Part shown: positions 62,983 to 64,000 of the stretch, one piece after another | Layout: every line of letters starts with the position of its first letter | Numbering within the stretch: the stretch's first letter is position 1 | Source of the DNA: Leucoraja ocellata | Taxonomy: Eukaryota | Length of the DNA stretch: 64,000 nt | NCBI GenBank assembly: GCA_036785375.1 | Contig: JAWMAR010000666.1 | Span: 620,001-684,000 of the forward strand | Direction of reading: 5' to 3' | Notes under the pieces: model-generated | Seen by the model: the letters and a program-made list of their open reading frames with translations, nothing else | Database searches by the model: none | What the model was told of the DNA's origin: nothing | Program-made: the position numbers and the translations under genes

Positions 62983-64000
62983 CACTCAAATAAGACTTGG
63001 CTGCGCTTTAAGCAGTTGTGTTATGCAGATGCAATACATTACAAGTGAAGCTTTGCATGTTGCTAGTGCATCACACCAATATTTAGTTTAGTTTACGTTA
63101 GACAAACAGTCCCTTCGGCCCACCGAGTCTGTGCCGACCAGCGATCACCCCATTCAATAGTTCTTTGCTACACACTAAGGACAATTTACAGAAGCTAAAT
63201 AACCAATAACCCTGCACATCTTTGGGATGTGATAGGAAATGGGATATGACAATAAAACATTCATGACTCTTGAAACCGGAGGAAACCCACGTGTTCACAC
63301 GGCAAATGTGCAAACTCCGCATGGACAGCTCCTGAGGTCAGGATCGAATCCTGGCCTCTGGATTGTGAGGCAGCAACTAATCTCATGATTTTATACACGT
63401 CTATAAGATCACCACTCATCCTATATAGAGGATGGGAGCAGCCTGGCTTGAGGATAGAACTGAAAAGTTGGATTAGAAATATCTAAATTCCCATCCTTAC
63501 TGTTTTGTTTTCCAGCGGAACGCATCCCAATCGATGGGCAAGGCCTCCCGGTTAACATCGTTTCTCTGCAACATTTGTTGCTGGCCTTGCTGCCTCAGGG
63601 ACACCAAAGGTTCCCACAGCTCCACACACCTCACAAACGTCATCATTAAGGTCCGCCTCGAAAACGGCCGTGGAAAGGCGTCTAAAAAAATAAAGGTAGG
63701 TGCATGGCATTCTTCCACGGCTCAGATACTACTTTATAGCAGAGACACAGCATGGAAACAGGCCCTTCGGCCCACTGATTCCGTGCTGACCAACGGTTGG
63801 ATAGGATGCACTAGTTCATGCATGCTACGGACAATTTACTGAAGCCAATGAATCCACAATCCCATATATCTTTGAAGTGTGGGAGGAAACTGGGGCACTG
63901 GTGTTAGTCAGGGGTTATGGGGAGAAGGCAGGAAAATGGGGTTAGGAGGGAGATAAAGATCTGCCATGATTGAGTGGCAGATTAAGCTCGATGGGCCGAA

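Larger units (their letters stand above)
26044..63681 (-). pseudogene. Putative decayed Mab-21/cGAS-like nucleotidyltransferase gene; exon remnants 63681-63501, ~53045-52935, 46846-46589, 36120-~36010, ~27088-26044
   Basis: Colinear motifs: RPQ(E)SYMFTCIQHANYD / VPLFL; KFMTHKDLLGPYSI; RYSVHF; FNLTFQDLEGKLF; NG*RKK/TIRLLQK; LTSAPMKHAFL. Splice sites are present, with multiple stops and frameshifts. Confidence 0.55.

Overview
This is vertebrate genomic DNA, most likely from a cartilaginous fish (skate/ray-like, inferred from the CR1, tRNA-SINE and Penelope repeat landscape and the B30.2 sequence type). It is very repeat-rich and has 6 assembly gaps. It holds one apparently intact multi-exon butyrophilin-like (BTN/BTNL) gene on the minus strand (ATG 23228 to stop 13882: signal, IgV, IgC, TM, cytoplasmic mini-exons, B30.2/PRY-SPRY; about 475 aa from the visible exons). 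A second, dead BTN-like gene (signal + IgV exons) faces away from it on the plus strand at 28.8-29.5 kb. Five decayed minus-strand exon remnants between 26 and 63.7 kb together read as a Mab-21/cGAS-like nucleotidyltransferase (cGLR) pseudogene; the ORF track does not show this. Mobile DNA includes a full-length Gypsy LTR retrotransposon (1608-5859) with no tRNA PBS but a self-complementary, Tf1-style primer site and an unusual 26-bp flank duplication. There is also a Helitron with a PIF1 helicase fragment and canonical 3' end, many CR1 copies, Rex/Babar, L2/Crack, Tx1 and Penelope fragments, tRNA-SINEs, MITEs, LINE-derived minisatellites and an unexplained Thr/Ala/Asp periodic ORF at 56.9-57.5 kb. 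All family assignments come from motif recognition by eye; no searches were run.
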